Source of the DNA: Vibrio vulnificus CMCP6
Lineage (GTDB): Bacteria > Pseudomonadota > Gammaproteobacteria > Enterobacterales > Vibrionaceae
Length of the DNA stretch: 32,000 nt
NCBI RefSeq assembly: GCF_000039765.1
Contig: NC_004459.3
Span: 150,001 to 182,000, forward strand
Direction of reading: 5' to 3'
The notes under the pieces were generated by a model. It saw only the letters and a list, made by a program, of their open reading frames with translations, did not search any database and was not told where the DNA came from. Numbering within the stretch: position 1 is the first letter of the stretch; every line of letters starts with the position of its first letter. The position numbers and the translations under genes are program-made. Positions 19,511 through 30,901 of the stretch are shown in pieces.

Positions 19511-20725
19511 ATGAATGGCGGACAGATAGGTAACGTAGACTTAGTAAAACAACTGAACAGCGCAGCTGTCTACAGATTGATTGATCAACAAGGACCTATC
19601 TCCCGCATACAAGTGGCAGATGTCAGTCAACTGGCACCTGCCAGTGTCACAAAAATCACCCGCCAACTCCTTGAGCGGGGATTGATCAAAGAGGTTGCAC
19701 AACAAGCCTCCACAGGCGGTCGACGTGCAATCTCATTAACAACAGAGGTCAAACCCTTCCACTCTGTTGCTGTGCGTCTTGGTCGCGACTACGTGCAATT
19801 TTGCCTCTATGATTTAGGTGGCGCGGCACTAGCACAAGATCAGCACGATTTTCGTTACACCAATCAATCCGATCTGCAACAAGGTCTTACTGCTTTGCTG
19901 AAAGACTTTATTAGCCGTAGCCAAGATAAAATTGATCAACTTATCGCTATCGGCATTACGCTCCCAGGTCTCGTTAACCCGACAACCGGTGTGGTTGAGT
20001 ACATGCCTAACACGGATATCGATAAACTCGCTTTAGGCGAAATCATTCGTGAAAAATTTGGCATTGAATGTTTCGTTGGCAACGACGTGCGTGGCATGGC
20101 ATTAGCTGAACACTATTTTGGAGCCAGTCAGGACTGCCAAGACTCGATTCTCGTCAGTGTTCACCGCGGTACCGGTGCTGGTATCATCGTTAACGGACAA
20201 GTTTTCCTTGGCTTCAACCGCAACGTTGGTGAGATTGGCCATATTCAAATCGACCCTCTTGGTGAACAATGCCAATGTGGTAACTTCGGCTGCCTTGAGA
20301 CCGTTGCAGCAAACCCAGCAATTATTCAGCGTGTGAAAAAACTGATCGCGCAAGGTTATGAGTCATCACTAGCAAAACTGGACCACATTACCATCCAGGA
20401 CGTCTGTAACCACGCTCTAGAAGGCGATGAACTGGCGCAACAAAGCTTAGTTCGAGTGGGCAATCAGTTAGGCAAAGCGATTGCGATCACCATTAACTTG
20501 TTTAACCCACAAAAAATTGTCATCGCTGGTGATATTACTGCCGCGAAAGACATTGTTTTCCCTGCGATTCAACGTAATGTCGAAAACCAATCACTAAAAA
20601 CCTTCCATAATCAACTGCCTATTGTCGCATCGCAGATCGATAAACAACCAACGATGGGCGCGTTTGCCATGATTAAACGCGCTATGCTTAATGGCGTTTT
20701 GTTACAAAAGTTGTTGGGTGAATAA
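19511..20725 (+). CDS. nagC: ROK-family transcriptional regulator NagC
   Basis: 404 aa with N-terminal wHTH (GPISRIQVADVSQLAPASVTKITRQLLERGLIKE) and ROK motif (NVGEIGHIQIDPLGEQCQCGNFGCLET); adjacent to nagA. Confidence 0.94.
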   Translation: MNGGQIGNVDLVKQLNSAAVYRLIDQQGPISRIQVADVSQLAPASVTKITRQLLERGLIKEVAQQASTGGRRAISLTTEVKPFHSVAVRLGRDYVQFCLYDLGGAALAQDQHDFRYTNQSDLQQGLTALLKDFISRSQDKIDQLIAIGITLPGLVNPTTGVVEYMPNTDIDKLALGEIIREKFGIECFVGNDVRGMALAEHYFGASQDCQDSILVSVHRGTGAGIIVNGQVFLGFNRNVGEIGHIQIDPLGEQCQCGNFGCLETVAANPAIIQRVKKLIAQGYESSLAKLDHITIQDVCNHALEGDELAQQSLVRVGNQLGKAIAITINLFNPQKIVIAGDITAAKDIVFPAIQRNVENQSLKTFHNQLPIVASQIDKQPTMGAFAMIKRAMLNGVLLQKLLGE

Positions 20726-20762
20726 AGCACCTGTCAATCAACCAGTTACATAGGTTACAATT

Positions 20763-20782
20763 GGGCTGTGTTTACACAGCCC
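20763..20782 (+). terminator. nagC terminator
   Basis: GGGCTGTG TTTA CACAGCCC followed by TTTTT. Confidence 0.88.
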
Positions 20783-20814
20783 TTTTTACATCTGAAGGAA
20801 GTCACGCGCGCACC

Positions 20815-22407
20815 ATGGAAATAATTTTGATAACCACCGCTTTTGTGGCGGGCTTTTTAGCACTAAAGTGCAACTTACCCCCACTTGTCGGTTTTCTGCT
20901 TGCGGGTTTTGCACTGCATGCTTTTGGTTTTGAAAGTAACCTGACGATCACCACACTCGCCGATCTTGGGGTAACACTACTGCTCTTTACCATTGGTTTA
21001 AAACTGGAAATCAAAACCTTACTCTCTAAAGAGATATGGGCAGGTGCGACCGCTCATAACCTTCTGTCGACATTGCTGTTTACCGCGGCGTTTATTGGAC
21101 TAAAATTTCTCGGAATTTCTTCTCTGGCAGAGATGGAAACTGGCCATCTAGTCTTGCTTGCCTTCGCACTCTCCTTCTCCAGTACCGTTTTTGCCGTGAA
21201 ATCATTGCAAGAAAAAGGCGAAATGAACGCCACTTACGGCACGTTGGCGATTGGTATTTTGATCATGCAAGATATCTTCGCCGTGGTATTCCTCACCGCC
21301 TCAACCGGGAAATTGCCCCATTGGTACGCTATTGCTCTGTTCGCCTTGCCCTTGTTACGCCCTCTTTTCTACAAGATTCTTGACTGGGTTGGCCACGGGG
21401 AAATGCTGGTACTGTTCGGTATTTTCTTCGCACTTGTCGCGGGAGCAGGGTTGTTTGAACTTGTTGGTATGAAACCAGACCTTGGTGCACTCGTGCTGGG
21501 TATGTTATTAGCTGGTCACCGCAAGTCATCGGAACTCGCCAAATCCCTATTTAACATGAAGGAGCTTTTCCTCGTCTGCTTCTTCCTCAATATCGGTTTA
21601 TCGGCCTCGCTCAGTTTAACTGGCGTCTCTTTGGCACTGCTCATTCTGCTCTTACTGCCACTGAAAGGTCTTCTTTACTTCCTAACCATCAATCACTTTA
21701 AGTTTCGTGTGCGCACGTCCTTGCTCGCGTCATTGACCCTTTTTAACTACAGTGAGTTTGGCCTCATTGTTGGTGGCTTAGCTTATAAAATGGGATGGAT
21801 GCCGAGTGATATTTTGGTTGCCCTTGCGGTTGCGGTCTCGCTTTCTTTTATTCTTGCGGCGCCATTGAGCAAAATGGGCCACCAAATCTATCAACATTCA
21901 GGAAAGTGGCTACAAGAAACCGCCGCAGAAAAGCTCAATCAGCGTGATCAGTTGATCAACCCAGGCAACGCGCAAGTCTTGATCCTGGGCATGGGCCGTA
22001 TCGGAACGGGGGCTTATGATGAACTTCGCGCTCGTTACGGCAAAATCAGCTTAGGCGTAGAAGTGAGAGAAGAAGCCGCGCAACATCATCGAGAAGAAGG
22101 TAGAAACGTTATTGCAGGAGATGCCACTGACCCTGACTTTTGGGAGCGCATTCTTGATACAGCGAATGTGAAGCTGGTTTTACTAGCCATGCCTCATCAC
22201 CAAGGTAATCAAACCGCGCTTGAGCAGCTCAAACGTCGCAACTACCAAGGACAAATTGCCGCGATTGCCGAATACACTGACCAATTAGAGATGCTCACTA
22301 ACAGTGGTGTACACGCTGCCTTTAATATTTATAACGAAGCGGGAAGTGGCTTTGCGCGCCATGTGTGCGAACAACTTCAACCTCAGTTTGCTCCCCCCTC
22401 AAACTAA
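20815..22407 (+). CDS. CPA2-type monovalent cation:proton antiporter with C-terminal TrkA-N/RCK domain
   Basis: MEIILITTAFVAGFLALKCNLPPLVGFLLAGF ... LDLGVTLLLFTIGLKL-type sequence and C-terminal QVLILGMGRIGTGAYDEL ... VIAGDATDPDFW. The start is placed after the nagC terminator, unlike the supplied 20761. Confidence 0.85.
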   Translation: MEIILITTAFVAGFLALKCNLPPLVGFLLAGFALHAFGFESNLTITTLADLGVTLLLFTIGLKLEIKTLLSKEIWAGATAHNLLSTLLFTAAFIGLKFLGISSLAEMETGHLVLLAFALSFSSTVFAVKSLQEKGEMNATYGTLAIGILIMQDIFAVVFLTASTGKLPHWYAIALFALPLLRPLFYKILDWVGHGEMLVLFGIFFALVAGAGLFELVGMKPDLGALVLGMLLAGHRKSSELAKSLFNMKELFLVCFFLNIGLSASLSLTGVSLALLILLLLPLKGLLYFLTINHFKFRVRTSLLASLTLFNYSEFGLIVGGLAYKMGWMPSDILVALAVAVSLSFILAAPLSKMGHQIYQHSGKWLQETAAEKLNQRDQLINPGNAQVLILGMGRIGTGAYDELRARYGKISLGVEVREEAAQHHREEGRNVIAGDATDPDFWERILDTANVKLVLLAMPHHQGNQTALEQLKRRNYQGQIAAIAEYTDQLEMLTNSGVHAAFNIYNEAGSGFARHVCEQLQPQFAPPSN

Positions 22408-22623
22408 GCACTATCCCCATTAAAGGCTCACAAAATTGGGCCTTTTTGCTTTCTTTTTCACCAAAACCTTACTTGCATTCACCAATTAAGGGTTTCTATT
22501 AAATATTTTTTAATCATTAGCCCCTTTGTTTACTTTTTTTATCGAAGAGTGTTGCTTTTTTTGTTCAGACTGGCAAATTGAAGCCATACCGTTTAGAAAT
22601 GATTTAATTAAAAAGGATGTTGT

Positions 22624-24288
22624 ATGTGTTCAGTATTTGGCATTTTAGACATTAAAAGCGACGCAGCGGCGCTTCGCCCTATCGCTTTAGAGATGTCGAA
22701 AAAACTTCGTCACCGTGGCCCAGACTGGTCCGGGATCTACGCATCAGATCGAGCAATTCTTGCTCATGAGCGTCTTGCGATCGTAGGTCTTAACAGCGGC
22801 GCACAGCCTCTTTACAGCCCAGATAAAAAACTCATCCTTGCCGTTAACGGTGAAATCTACAACCACAAAGAAATTCGTGCTCGTTACGAAGGCAAATATG
22901 ATTTCCAAACAGATTCTGATTGTGAAGTTATTCTCGCCCTCTACCAAGAAATGGGTGCCGATCTCCTAGAAGAATTAAACGGTATCTTCGCTTTTGTTCT
23001 TTACGATGAAGAGAAAGATCAGTACCTAATTGGACGTGACCACATTGGTATCATCCCGCTTTACCAAGGTTATGATGAGCACGGCAACTACTATGTCGCT
23101 TCAGAAATGAAAGCGTTGGTTCCCGTTTGCAAAACCATCAGTGAATTTCCTCCAGGTAGCTACTACAGCTCAACCGATGCAGGTCCTCAACGTTACTACA
23201 TTCGCGACTGGAATGAATACGCAGCGGTACAGGGCAACACCAGCAGCAAAGAGGAACTAACAGCAGCGCTTGAAGCGGCGGTGAAACGTCAGTTGATGAC
23301 AGATGTGCCTTACGGTGTATTACTGTCGGGTGGACTTGATTCTTCTATTACCTCTGCGGTTGCTAAACGTTATGCCGCAATGCGAATTGAAGACGACGAA
23401 CAAACTGAAGCCTGGTGGCCACAACTTCACTCATTTGCTATTGGCCTTGACGGTGCTCCAGATCTGAAAGCAGCCCGTGAAGTGGCGGCGAAAATTGGCA
23501 CTGTACACCATGAAATGACGTACACCATTCAAGAAGGATTGGACGCAATTCGTGATGTGATTTACCACATCGAAACATACGATGTCACGACCATCCGCGC
23601 GTCAACACCAATGTATTTGATGGGACGTAAGATCAAAGCCATGGGCATCAAGATGGTACTTTCTGGTGAAGGGGCTGACGAGATTTTTGGTGGCTACCTC
23701 TACTTCCACAAAGCACCCAACGCACAAGAGTTCCACGAAGAGACGGTGCGCAAACTGCTTGCGCTCAACATGTTTGACTGTGCTCGCGCAAACAAATCGC
23801 TAGCGGCTTGGGGTGTTGAAGGCCGAGTGCCATTCTTGGATAAAGAGTTTATCGATGTTGCAATGCGCTTGAACCCTGCGGATAAAATGTGTGGCAACGG
23901 CAAAATGGAGAAACACATTCTTCGTGAGTGCTTTGAGCACTACCTACCAGACTCTATTGCTTGGCGTCAAAAAGAGCAGTTTTCTGATGGCGTGGGTTAT
24001 GGCTGGATCGACACACTCAAAGCAGTGGCAGAAGAGAAAGTAACCGATCAACAGATGGAAGCCGCAAAATTCCGCTTCCCATACAACACGCCAACAACAA
24101 AAGAAGGCTATGTATACCGCGAAATTTTCGAAGAGTTGTTCCCACTGACATCGGCTGCAGAATGTGTCCCTGGCGGTCCATCAGTGGCTTGTTCGTCCGC
24201 TAAAGCGATTGAATGGGACGAATCCTTTAAAAACTGTATTGACCCGTCAGGTCGAGCAGTGAAAGCGGTACATAACGAAGCGTATTAA
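22624..24288 (+). CDS. asnB: Asparagine synthase B (glutamine-hydrolysing)
   Basis: 554 aa beginning MCSVFGILDIK (Cys2 nucleophile), RHRGPDWSG, YGVLLSGGLDSS. Confidence 0.97.
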   Translation: MCSVFGILDIKSDAAALRPIALEMSKKLRHRGPDWSGIYASDRAILAHERLAIVGLNSGAQPLYSPDKKLILAVNGEIYNHKEIRARYEGKYDFQTDSDCEVILALYQEMGADLLEELNGIFAFVLYDEEKDQYLIGRDHIGIIPLYQGYDEHGNYYVASEMKALVPVCKTISEFPPGSYYSSTDAGPQRYYIRDWNEYAAVQGNTSSKEELTAALEAAVKRQLMTDVPYGVLLSGGLDSSITSAVAKRYAAMRIEDDEQTEAWWPQLHSFAIGLDGAPDLKAAREVAAKIGTVHHEMTYTIQEGLDAIRDVIYHIETYDVTTIRASTPMYLMGRKIKAMGIKMVLSGEGADEIFGGYLYFHKAPNAQEFHEETVRKLLALNMFDCARANKSLAAWGVEGRVPFLDKEFIDVAMRLNPADKMCGNGKMEKHILRECFEHYLPDSIAWRQKEQFSDGVGYGWIDTLKAVAEEKVTDQQMEAAKFRFPYNTPTTKEGYVYREIFEELFPLTSAAECVPGGPSVACSSAKAIEWDESFKNCIDPSGRAVKAVHNEAY

Positions 24289-24318
24289 TCTGCACGCCGT
24301 TCACACTAACAGCAACGA

Positions 24319-24347
24319 AAGAAGGCACCCAAAAGGTGCCTTCTTTA
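24319..24347. terminator. Bidirectional terminator between asnB and rfaH
   Basis: AAAGAAGGCACC CAAAA GGTGCCTTCTTT, a 12-bp stem between convergent genes. Confidence 0.88.
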
Positions 24348-24365
24348 CTAGGGTCTATTGGCCAC

Positions 24366-24872
24366 TCACCCCTTCAGTTCTAGGTCGCTATTCTCAATGC
24401 TCACTGGCACGGTCTGGGAAATCATTTTAACCAGCATGATTGAACGTGTTTCGCCATCTTGCTCTTGGAAAATGGCCTCGATACCCGCGAACTGCCCGCT
24501 TTTCACTTTGATCGAATCACCCGGTTTCGGCAAATTACTCCCCTGCAACGCACTTTCATGTCCCTCTTGTTCAAGAAGCTTGAGTTCATAAATCAAATCC
24601 CCTTGAAGCTCTTTGGGGTGAGCGCCAAACTTCACAAAATCCACCACACCTCTGGTTGAACGCACAGTGGTAAACGTCGGGCCTATTTCAAAATCGAAAC
24701 GAACAAAAATGTAGGAAGGAAATAAGGGCTCACTCTTTGTTTGGCGTTTACCACGCAGAATCTTTTCAACTTCTATGGTGGGATAGAAACACTCAACACC
24801 TTGGTTTTCTAAATGTTGCTTCGCTCGGATCTGCTCTCCGCGCTTACAATACAGCAAATACCATTTTTTCAT
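24366..24872 (-). CDS. rfaH: Transcription/translation regulatory transformer protein RfaH
   Basis: 168 aa NusG-paralog: MKKWYLLYCKRGEQIRAKQHLENQGVECFYPTIEVEKILRGKR ... LFPSYIFVRFD ... VRSTRGVVDFVKFG. Confidence 0.95.
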   Translation of the reverse strand: MKKWYLLYCKRGEQIRAKQHLENQGVECFYPTIEVEKILRGKRQTKSEPLFPSYIFVRFDFEIGPTFTTVRSTRGVVDFVKFGAHPKELQGDLIYELKLLEQEGHESALQGSNLPKPGDSIKVKSGQFAGIEAIFQEQDGETRSIMLVKMISQTVPVSIENSDLELKG

Positions 24873-25177
24873 TTATCACTAGCCATCTATTTTTTGTTTA
24901 TCCTAGCATTTCGCCAGACGATAGGAAATCGCGTGAGTTGCAATCATACAAACCAATACACTTTGTTTGCTAAACGTTAATTCGCAGAACCAAAAATGGA
25001 ATATTAGTTTCTAACACGTAGAAACCACCCAAGCAAAACATTGGAAAACCTTTTATAACAAAAGGTTAAATATAAACCGAACAATCCACTGCCATTTAAA
25101 AGTATTTGAGTATTTAAACAACGAGGAGTATACGTATTCGCCTATAAAAAATTTCATAACTAGAATTAGTCAAACTT

Positions 25178-26566
25178 ATGCCAAACCAACATCAATATTT
25201 TGGTCATCCTCGTGGCCTTTTCCTTTTGTTCGGTACTGAACTTTGGGAACGTTTTTCCTATTACGCAATGCGTGCAATTTTAGTCTTATACCTCACCGAC
25301 ACCACCATCAATGGCGGTTTGGGCTGGACCACCAAAGATGCCCTCGATCTCTATGGCACCTACACAGGATTGGTGTACATTACCCCCCTTATTGGTGGCT
25401 ACCTTGCTGACAACTATTTGGGTCAGCGTCGCTCGATCCTGATTGGTGGCGCTCTAATGGCCATTGGTCAATTTACTCTTGCCCTGCCTGCGGATGCGCT
25501 TGGTTTAGGTTCACTTCACACCTTCTACTTGGGCCTTGCTCTCCTCATCGCCGGTAACGGCTTATTTAAGCCAAATATCTCAACCATGGTGGGTGACCTA
25601 TATCAAGAAGGTGACAACCGTCGAGATGGCGCTTTCACCATTTTCTACATGGGTATCAACCTCGGTGCGTTGATCGCCGGTGTCGTGTCAGGTTCTGTGA
25701 CCACGGAATTCGGCTGGAAAGCAGGGTTTGTTGCTGCCGGTATCGGCATGCTTATTAGCTTAGTGATGCAAATGGCCCTCGCACAATCATGGCTAGGAGA
25801 TATTGGCCGTGAGCCAGCAGCAAAGCGCGATCTCGCTATTAAGAAGTCAGCCCAAAAAGAAGCCTTAACCAAAGAAGAAGTGGATCGCATCAAAGTGATC
25901 CTCGTGATGAGCTTGTTCACCATCGTATTCTGGGCTGGTTTCGAACAAGCGGGCGGCCTAATGAATATCTACACCCAACAGTATACTGACCGCATGATCG
26001 GCAGCTTTGAGATTCCTGCTGCATGGTTTCAATCATTGAACCCATTTTTCATCATCACTCTTGCGCCAGTACTTGCTGTACTGTGGGTAAAACTGGGTAA
26101 ACGTGAGCCGAATTCACCCGTTAAATTTGCTTTAGCGATGTTTTTCCTCGCACTTGGTTTCTTATGTATGGTCGGTGCCGTTGTTGAACAAAGCGGTGAT
26201 ACATCGGTAAAAACATCCATGCTATGGCTTGTTGGTGCCTTTTTCTTCCATACTCTGGGGGAACTATGTCTATCGCCAATTGGCTTATCTCTTGTCACCA
26301 AATTAGCGCCTTTGCGTCTCGCATCTTTAATGATGGGCGCTTGGTTCGGTTGTAATGCAATCGCAAACTACGTGGCGGGATACGTTGGCTCTCACGTAGG
26401 CGAGTTAGGTGCATTCGCCATCTTTAGCGGTATCGCCGTCACCGCAACCGTATCGGGTGTGATTCTGCTGCTGTTCTCAAACCAGCTTGTTCATTGGATG
26501 CACGGAGCAGAAAGTGGAAGTTCAACCGCAGAACAAATTGAAGAACAACAAGCCTTAGTTTCTTAA
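25178..26566 (+). CDS. POT/PTR-family proton-dependent oligopeptide transporter
   Basis: 462 aa: FGTELWERFSYYAMRAILVLYLT, IGGYLADNYLGQRRSILIGG, and FYMGINLGALIAG PTR2 signatures. Confidence 0.93.
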   Translation: MPNQHQYFGHPRGLFLLFGTELWERFSYYAMRAILVLYLTDTTINGGLGWTTKDALDLYGTYTGLVYITPLIGGYLADNYLGQRRSILIGGALMAIGQFTLALPADALGLGSLHTFYLGLALLIAGNGLFKPNISTMVGDLYQEGDNRRDGAFTIFYMGINLGALIAGVVSGSVTTEFGWKAGFVAAGIGMLISLVMQMALAQSWLGDIGREPAAKRDLAIKKSAQKEALTKEEVDRIKVILVMSLFTIVFWAGFEQAGGLMNIYTQQYTDRMIGSFEIPAAWFQSLNPFFIITLAPVLAVLWVKLGKREPNSPVKFALAMFFLALGFLCMVGAVVEQSGDTSVKTSMLWLVGAFFFHTLGELCLSPIGLSLVTKLAPLRLASLMMGAWFGCNAIANYVAGYVGSHVGELGAFAIFSGIAVTATVSGVILLLFSNQLVHWMHGAESGSSTAEQIEEQQALVS

Positions 26567-26590
26567 TTTGTGTCTAAAGTGCAAAAGCAT

Positions 26591-26619
26591 AAAAGCGCGC
26601 CAACGATTGGCGCGCTTTT
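26591..26619. terminator. Bidirectional terminator between the POT transporter and MCP genes
   Basis: AAAAGCGCGCCAA CGA TTGGCGCGCTTTT, a 13-bp perfect stem. Confidence 0.93.
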
Positions 26620-26639
26620 TTTGTACAAACTTGGCTCGT

Positions 26640-28598
26640 TTACACTTTGAACTGTTTCAGTAGCTGGTTTACTTGTTCACCCAATCGCTTCATCGCCTGA
26701 GCGGATTCTGTGGTTTCAGACGATTGCACGAGTGTCTTCTCCGAGATATCGGACATATTGTTCACATTGACACTGACCTCATCCGACGCAATTGCCTGCT
26801 GATTCGCCGCTGTGGATATTTGCCCGATGGAATCGTTGATCTGGGTGATAAAGCCTGTGATTGAGGTCAACGCTGATTCTGCCGAGTGCACCTGCTCTGC
26901 GGTTTGCTCAGCACTTTGACGGCTCTGGTGCATCGCCTTGTTAGCCAACTCGGCTCGCTGTTGCAAACTACCGATGATGGTTTGGATTTCTTCGGTCGAC
27001 TCTTGAGTGCGCGATGCTAAAGAACGGACTTCATCCGCCACCACCGCAAATCCTCGCCCCTGCTCCCCGGCCCTTGCCGCTTCAATTGCCGCATTCAGCG
27101 CGAGCAAGTTGGTTTGCTCTGCGATACTGCGAATAACATCCAGCACCGTACCAATTTGTTCACTGTCGGCTCGAAGTTGTTCAACCGTATCTCCAGCACT
27201 GGCAATTTGCTCGTTGAGTTTTTGCATTGACTGCGTTGCTTCCATCACCACTTTTGAACCTTGCGTCGCAGAATCGGCCGTCGATTGAGAAAGATCCGCC
27301 GCCTGTTGGGCACTGGCACTCACCTCTTGTGCACTGGCTGACATTTCCGTCATCGCTGACGCAGCAACCTGTGCCTGAGATTGCTGCTCTCGCACCTCAC
27401 TTTGTGTGTCTCGCGCTTTTAATGCCAGAATCTCGGCCGCTTGCAACATCTGTGCGGCCGCTACGCTCATTTGACGAATGGTGTGCTGAAGTTTGCCAGC
27501 GAAGGTGTTGTAATGCCCGGCTAACACATCGAGTTCATCATTGCCACTGGTGGGCACGCGTATGGTGAGGTCTCCTTCTCCCTGAGCAATATCTTGTAGC
27601 ACATTGGTCGTTCTTTGTACTTTAACAATTAACGAGCGCGTGATTACAAAGGAGAACAACAAACCAATGACAATAGCAATCGCCGCGATACCATAAAGAA
27701 AGGTGATAGACTGTTCTGCATTCTCATTAGCTTGTTCTGCCGCCTGCTCCATTGAGCTAGCTATCGACTCACGAAGCGATGCGATTCGTTGTGCGACTTG
27801 CGGCCCGATCGTATCCAGCGTTTTTATCCCTTCGTTACGGGCAAAAATCAAGCTAGTGACGGAATTGGCCGCTTTTTCATACTTTGTAAACAGCGATTCT
27901 GCTTCGTTGGTCAATTGGCGACGTTGTGCGCTTTCCAACGTTGCAAGTAAGCTGCCAATCTCACTGTGTACCGCTTTAAATTCCTGATTGAATCGTTCTA
28001 CTTGTGCCTGCTGGTTTTCAACCAAGAACTTGGCGACATAAAGTCGCGCGAGCAAAAGCGATCTGAGTGCTCGTCCGGCATGATAGGCGGCAACAACATC
28101 ACCATCGGTTTTCGCGCTTTCCATGACGCTGGTGAGTCTTTTCTCTATTTGCGGACCGTCGACATTGAGCACACCATTAACCTGCTCATTTCGCATATTC
28201 ATATTGTTCACCACCACTTGAGTAAACGTGGTGAGATACTGTGCCTTTAAGCCATCAATCTCTTTAAGGATCTGTACGCGTTGTGGATTTTGTATTTCGT
28301 TATAGGCGCGATCCATAAACTGTGTCCAGCGAGACGCATTCTCTTGGAAACGAGATACAAATTGTTTATCCCCTGTCTCGATAAAGTTTTTGACCGTTAA
28401 TCTTAGTCCATAAACGCTATCGGTCATTTCTGCTGCCAACTCGGTGTCCGGCGCAAGATCGAAGGCGATCCTGTTCATATCTTTCGTCAGTGAATTCAGC
28501 AAGTTGGCACTGACCAGCACTATCACCAATAAAATTAGAATAAGAATCAGCGGTGAAAAATAGAGCTTCTTGCTAATTGAAATATTATCGAGTCCCAT
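26640..28598 (-). CDS. Methyl-accepting chemotaxis protein with long helical (possibly HBM-type) periplasmic domain
   Basis: C-terminal signalling hairpin [54 protein letters not shown]; N-terminal TM plus ~250 aa helical region; HAMP. Preferred start [14 protein letters not shown] at 28598, preceded by AAGGGAG. Confidence 0.92.
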   Translation of the reverse strand: MGLDNISISKKLYFSPLILILILLVIVLVSANLLNSLTKDMNRIAFDLAPDTELAAEMTDSVYGLRLTVKNFIETGDKQFVSRFQENASRWTQFMDRAYNEIQNPQRVQILKEIDGLKAQYLTTFTQVVVNNMNMRNEQVNGVLNVDGPQIEKRLTSVMESAKTDGDVVAAYHAGRALRSLLLARLYVAKFLVENQQAQVERFNQEFKAVHSEIGSLLATLESAQRRQLTNEAESLFTKYEKAANSVTSLIFARNEGIKTLDTIGPQVAQRIASLRESIASSMEQAAEQANENAEQSITFLYGIAAIAIVIGLLFSFVITRSLIVKVQRTTNVLQDIAQGEGDLTIRVPTSGNDELDVLAGHYNTFAGKLQHTIRQMSVAAAQMLQAAEILALKARDTQSEVREQQSQAQVAASAMTEMSASAQEVSASAQQAADLSQSTADSATQGSKVVMEATQSMQKLNEQIASAGDTVEQLRADSEQIGTVLDVIRSIAEQTNLLALNAAIEAARAGEQGRGFAVVADEVRSLASRTQESTEEIQTIIGSLQQRAELANKAMHQSRQSAEQTAEQVHSAESALTSITGFITQINDSIGQISTAANQQAIASDEVSVNVNNMSDISEKTLVQSSETTESAQAMKRLGEQVNQLLKQFKV

Positions 28599-28802
28599 TG
28601 TTGACTCCCTTTTGGTTAATAACCACAAATGGCACTCTTAAAAATTAGCAGAGAAGTGAAAAAAGTCACAAAAGCCAGCAAAGGTAATAACAATAAAGTC
28701 AGAAGCTTTACGCTATTTGGCTTGGAGAAACACCGATAGTCGGCATAAAAAACGCCGTGAGATTAACGGCGTTGAGGATAAGAATCTTGCAATGAGAACG
28801 CA

Positions 28803-29762
28803 TTACCGCTCTGTAACAAGCCTTGCCATCATTTCAATGTGACTTGGGGCATCGTTTAAACAAGGAATAAAACGATACTGCTCACCACCCGCATGCAGAA
28901 AGCTTTCTTGGCCTTGCTCTGAGATTTCTTCTAACGTCTCTAAACAATCAACCGAAAATGCAGGGGTTATCACATCGAGAGACTTAATGCCCTTCGCGGG
29001 CAACGATTCCAACGTTTTATCCGTATAGGGTTGCAGCCACTCTTCTCGACCAAAGCGAGATTGATAGGTGGTGCCAATTTGGGATTTGTCCAACCCTAAT
29101 TCGAGACGCAGTAACTCGGTTGTCATTTCGCAATGCAGAGGATAGACATCGCCATTATCGGCGTAGCGTTGTGGAATACCGTGATAGGAGCAAAGCAGGT
29201 AATCCCCTTTGCCTTGCACCTGCCATGATTGACGTACTGATTCAGCCAATGCTTTGATATACAAAGGGTGATCATGATAGTCACGAATAAACTGAATACT
29301 GGGTACGACAGCAACCTTACGCAACGCGTGCGCAAGTGCATCGTACGCCGCTCCCGTTGTGGTGCCTGAATACTGGGGGTACAGAGGTAAAACGCAAATC
29401 TCATCCACACCTTGAGCTTGAAGCTTGTTCACGCCATCAAGTACGCTGGGTGTGCCATAGGTCATACCAATTTCCACAGGGCAATTGAGTTTTGCCTGCA
29501 ACTCGACTTGCTGTCGCTTGCTGTACACCATTAACGGTGAGCCTTCTTTCATCCAAACGGTTTGATAAAGCTTGGCAACCTTAGGCGAACGAATAGGTAA
29601 AATGATGCCATGTAAAATAGGGCACCATAGCCAACGCGTCATATCCACTACACGCTGATCATGCAAAAACTGGCTTAAAAATCGTTTTACGGCTGGGGCC
29701 GTTGCTTCTTCGGGAGTTCCGAGATTGACTAAAAGCACTCCGCGTTTTTTTGTGTTGTTCAT
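28803..29762 (-). CDS. hemH: Ferrochelatase
   Basis: [40 protein letters not shown] ... [19 protein letters not shown] ... [14 protein letters not shown]. The supplied start at 29813 is likely too early. Confidence 0.95.
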   Translation of the reverse strand: MNNTKKRGVLLVNLGTPEEATAPAVKRFLSQFLHDQRVVDMTRWLWCPILHGIILPIRSPKVAKLYQTVWMKEGSPLMVYSKRQQVELQAKLNCPVEIGMTYGTPSVLDGVNKLQAQGVDEICVLPLYPQYSGTTTGAAYDALAHALRKVAVVPSIQFIRDYHDHPLYIKALAESVRQSWQVQGKGDYLLCSYHGIPQRYADNGDVYPLHCEMTTELLRLELGLDKSQIGTTYQSRFGREEWLQPYTDKTLESLPAKGIKSLDVITPAFSVDCLETLEEISEQGQESFLHAGGEQYRFIPCLNDAPSHIEMMARLVTER

Positions 29763-29886
29763 ACTTTCTCTACGATAGTGGCTGAAGGTGGTTTTACGAA
29801 AAGGTGGCGACATCGATCAGTTGTGCAACGTCATTTGAGCCATTGTGAATAATGACAAAACTAAACTGCTGATGGCCATAATAAAA

Positions 29887-29906
29887 AAGCGACCTTAAGG
29901 TCGCTT
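29887..29906 (-). terminator. adk terminator
   Basis: AAGCGACC TTAA GGTCGCTT with T-run on the minus strand. Confidence 0.85.
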
Positions 29907-29951
29907 CACTATAACAAAATTCTGAAAACGGTTGATAATAGGTATTACCTA

Positions 29952-30623
<672 letters not shown>

Positions 30624-30678
30624 TTATACCGAAGCTCACTGCCTACTGGGCTATGCCCCACGGTAAGTTTCGGTATAA
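30624..30678. repeat. Long imperfect inverted repeat (hairpin) in the adk upstream region
   Basis: Arms TTATACCGAA / TTCGGTATAA (10 bp perfect) enclose further imperfect pairing and an apical GGGC-TAT-GCCC (plus strand). Confidence 0.75.
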
Positions 30679-30859
30679 GTGTTCTTCAAATTGACAATAA
30701 AACAGGCGTGCACATTACACGCCCGATGATTTTGTTTCAAGTCGGCATTCTAACACACTATTTCTCGTTCTAGAGTCAGTTAAGACTAAAGAATGTTCAA
30801 GCTCTCACAAATCGCTTTGGAAACCATCATTTTTTTGCATGTTGAATGCCGATACATAC

Positions 30860-30885
30860 AAAAAGCCCGCAAATGCGAGCTTTTT
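30860..30885 (-). terminator. htpG terminator
   Basis: AAAAAGCcCGCA AA TGCGaGCTTTTT with one internal mismatch. Confidence 0.75.
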
Positions 30886-30901
30886 GGTGATTTTAGCCTT
30901 A

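Noticed and set aside
25047-25067. Hairpin AACCTTTT-ATAAC-AAAAGGTT upstream of the POT transporter
   Set aside because: Short, AT-rich stem with no T-run. Expected by chance in this AT-rich intergenic region.
27007-27568. Plus-strand ORFs 27007..27288 and 27227..27568
   Set aside because: Antisense shadows of the MCP signalling domain, which has strong codon bias.
30860-30885. Inverted repeat upstream of adk near the htpG end considered as a separate element
   Set aside because: Best explained as the htpG rho-independent terminator on the minus strand.
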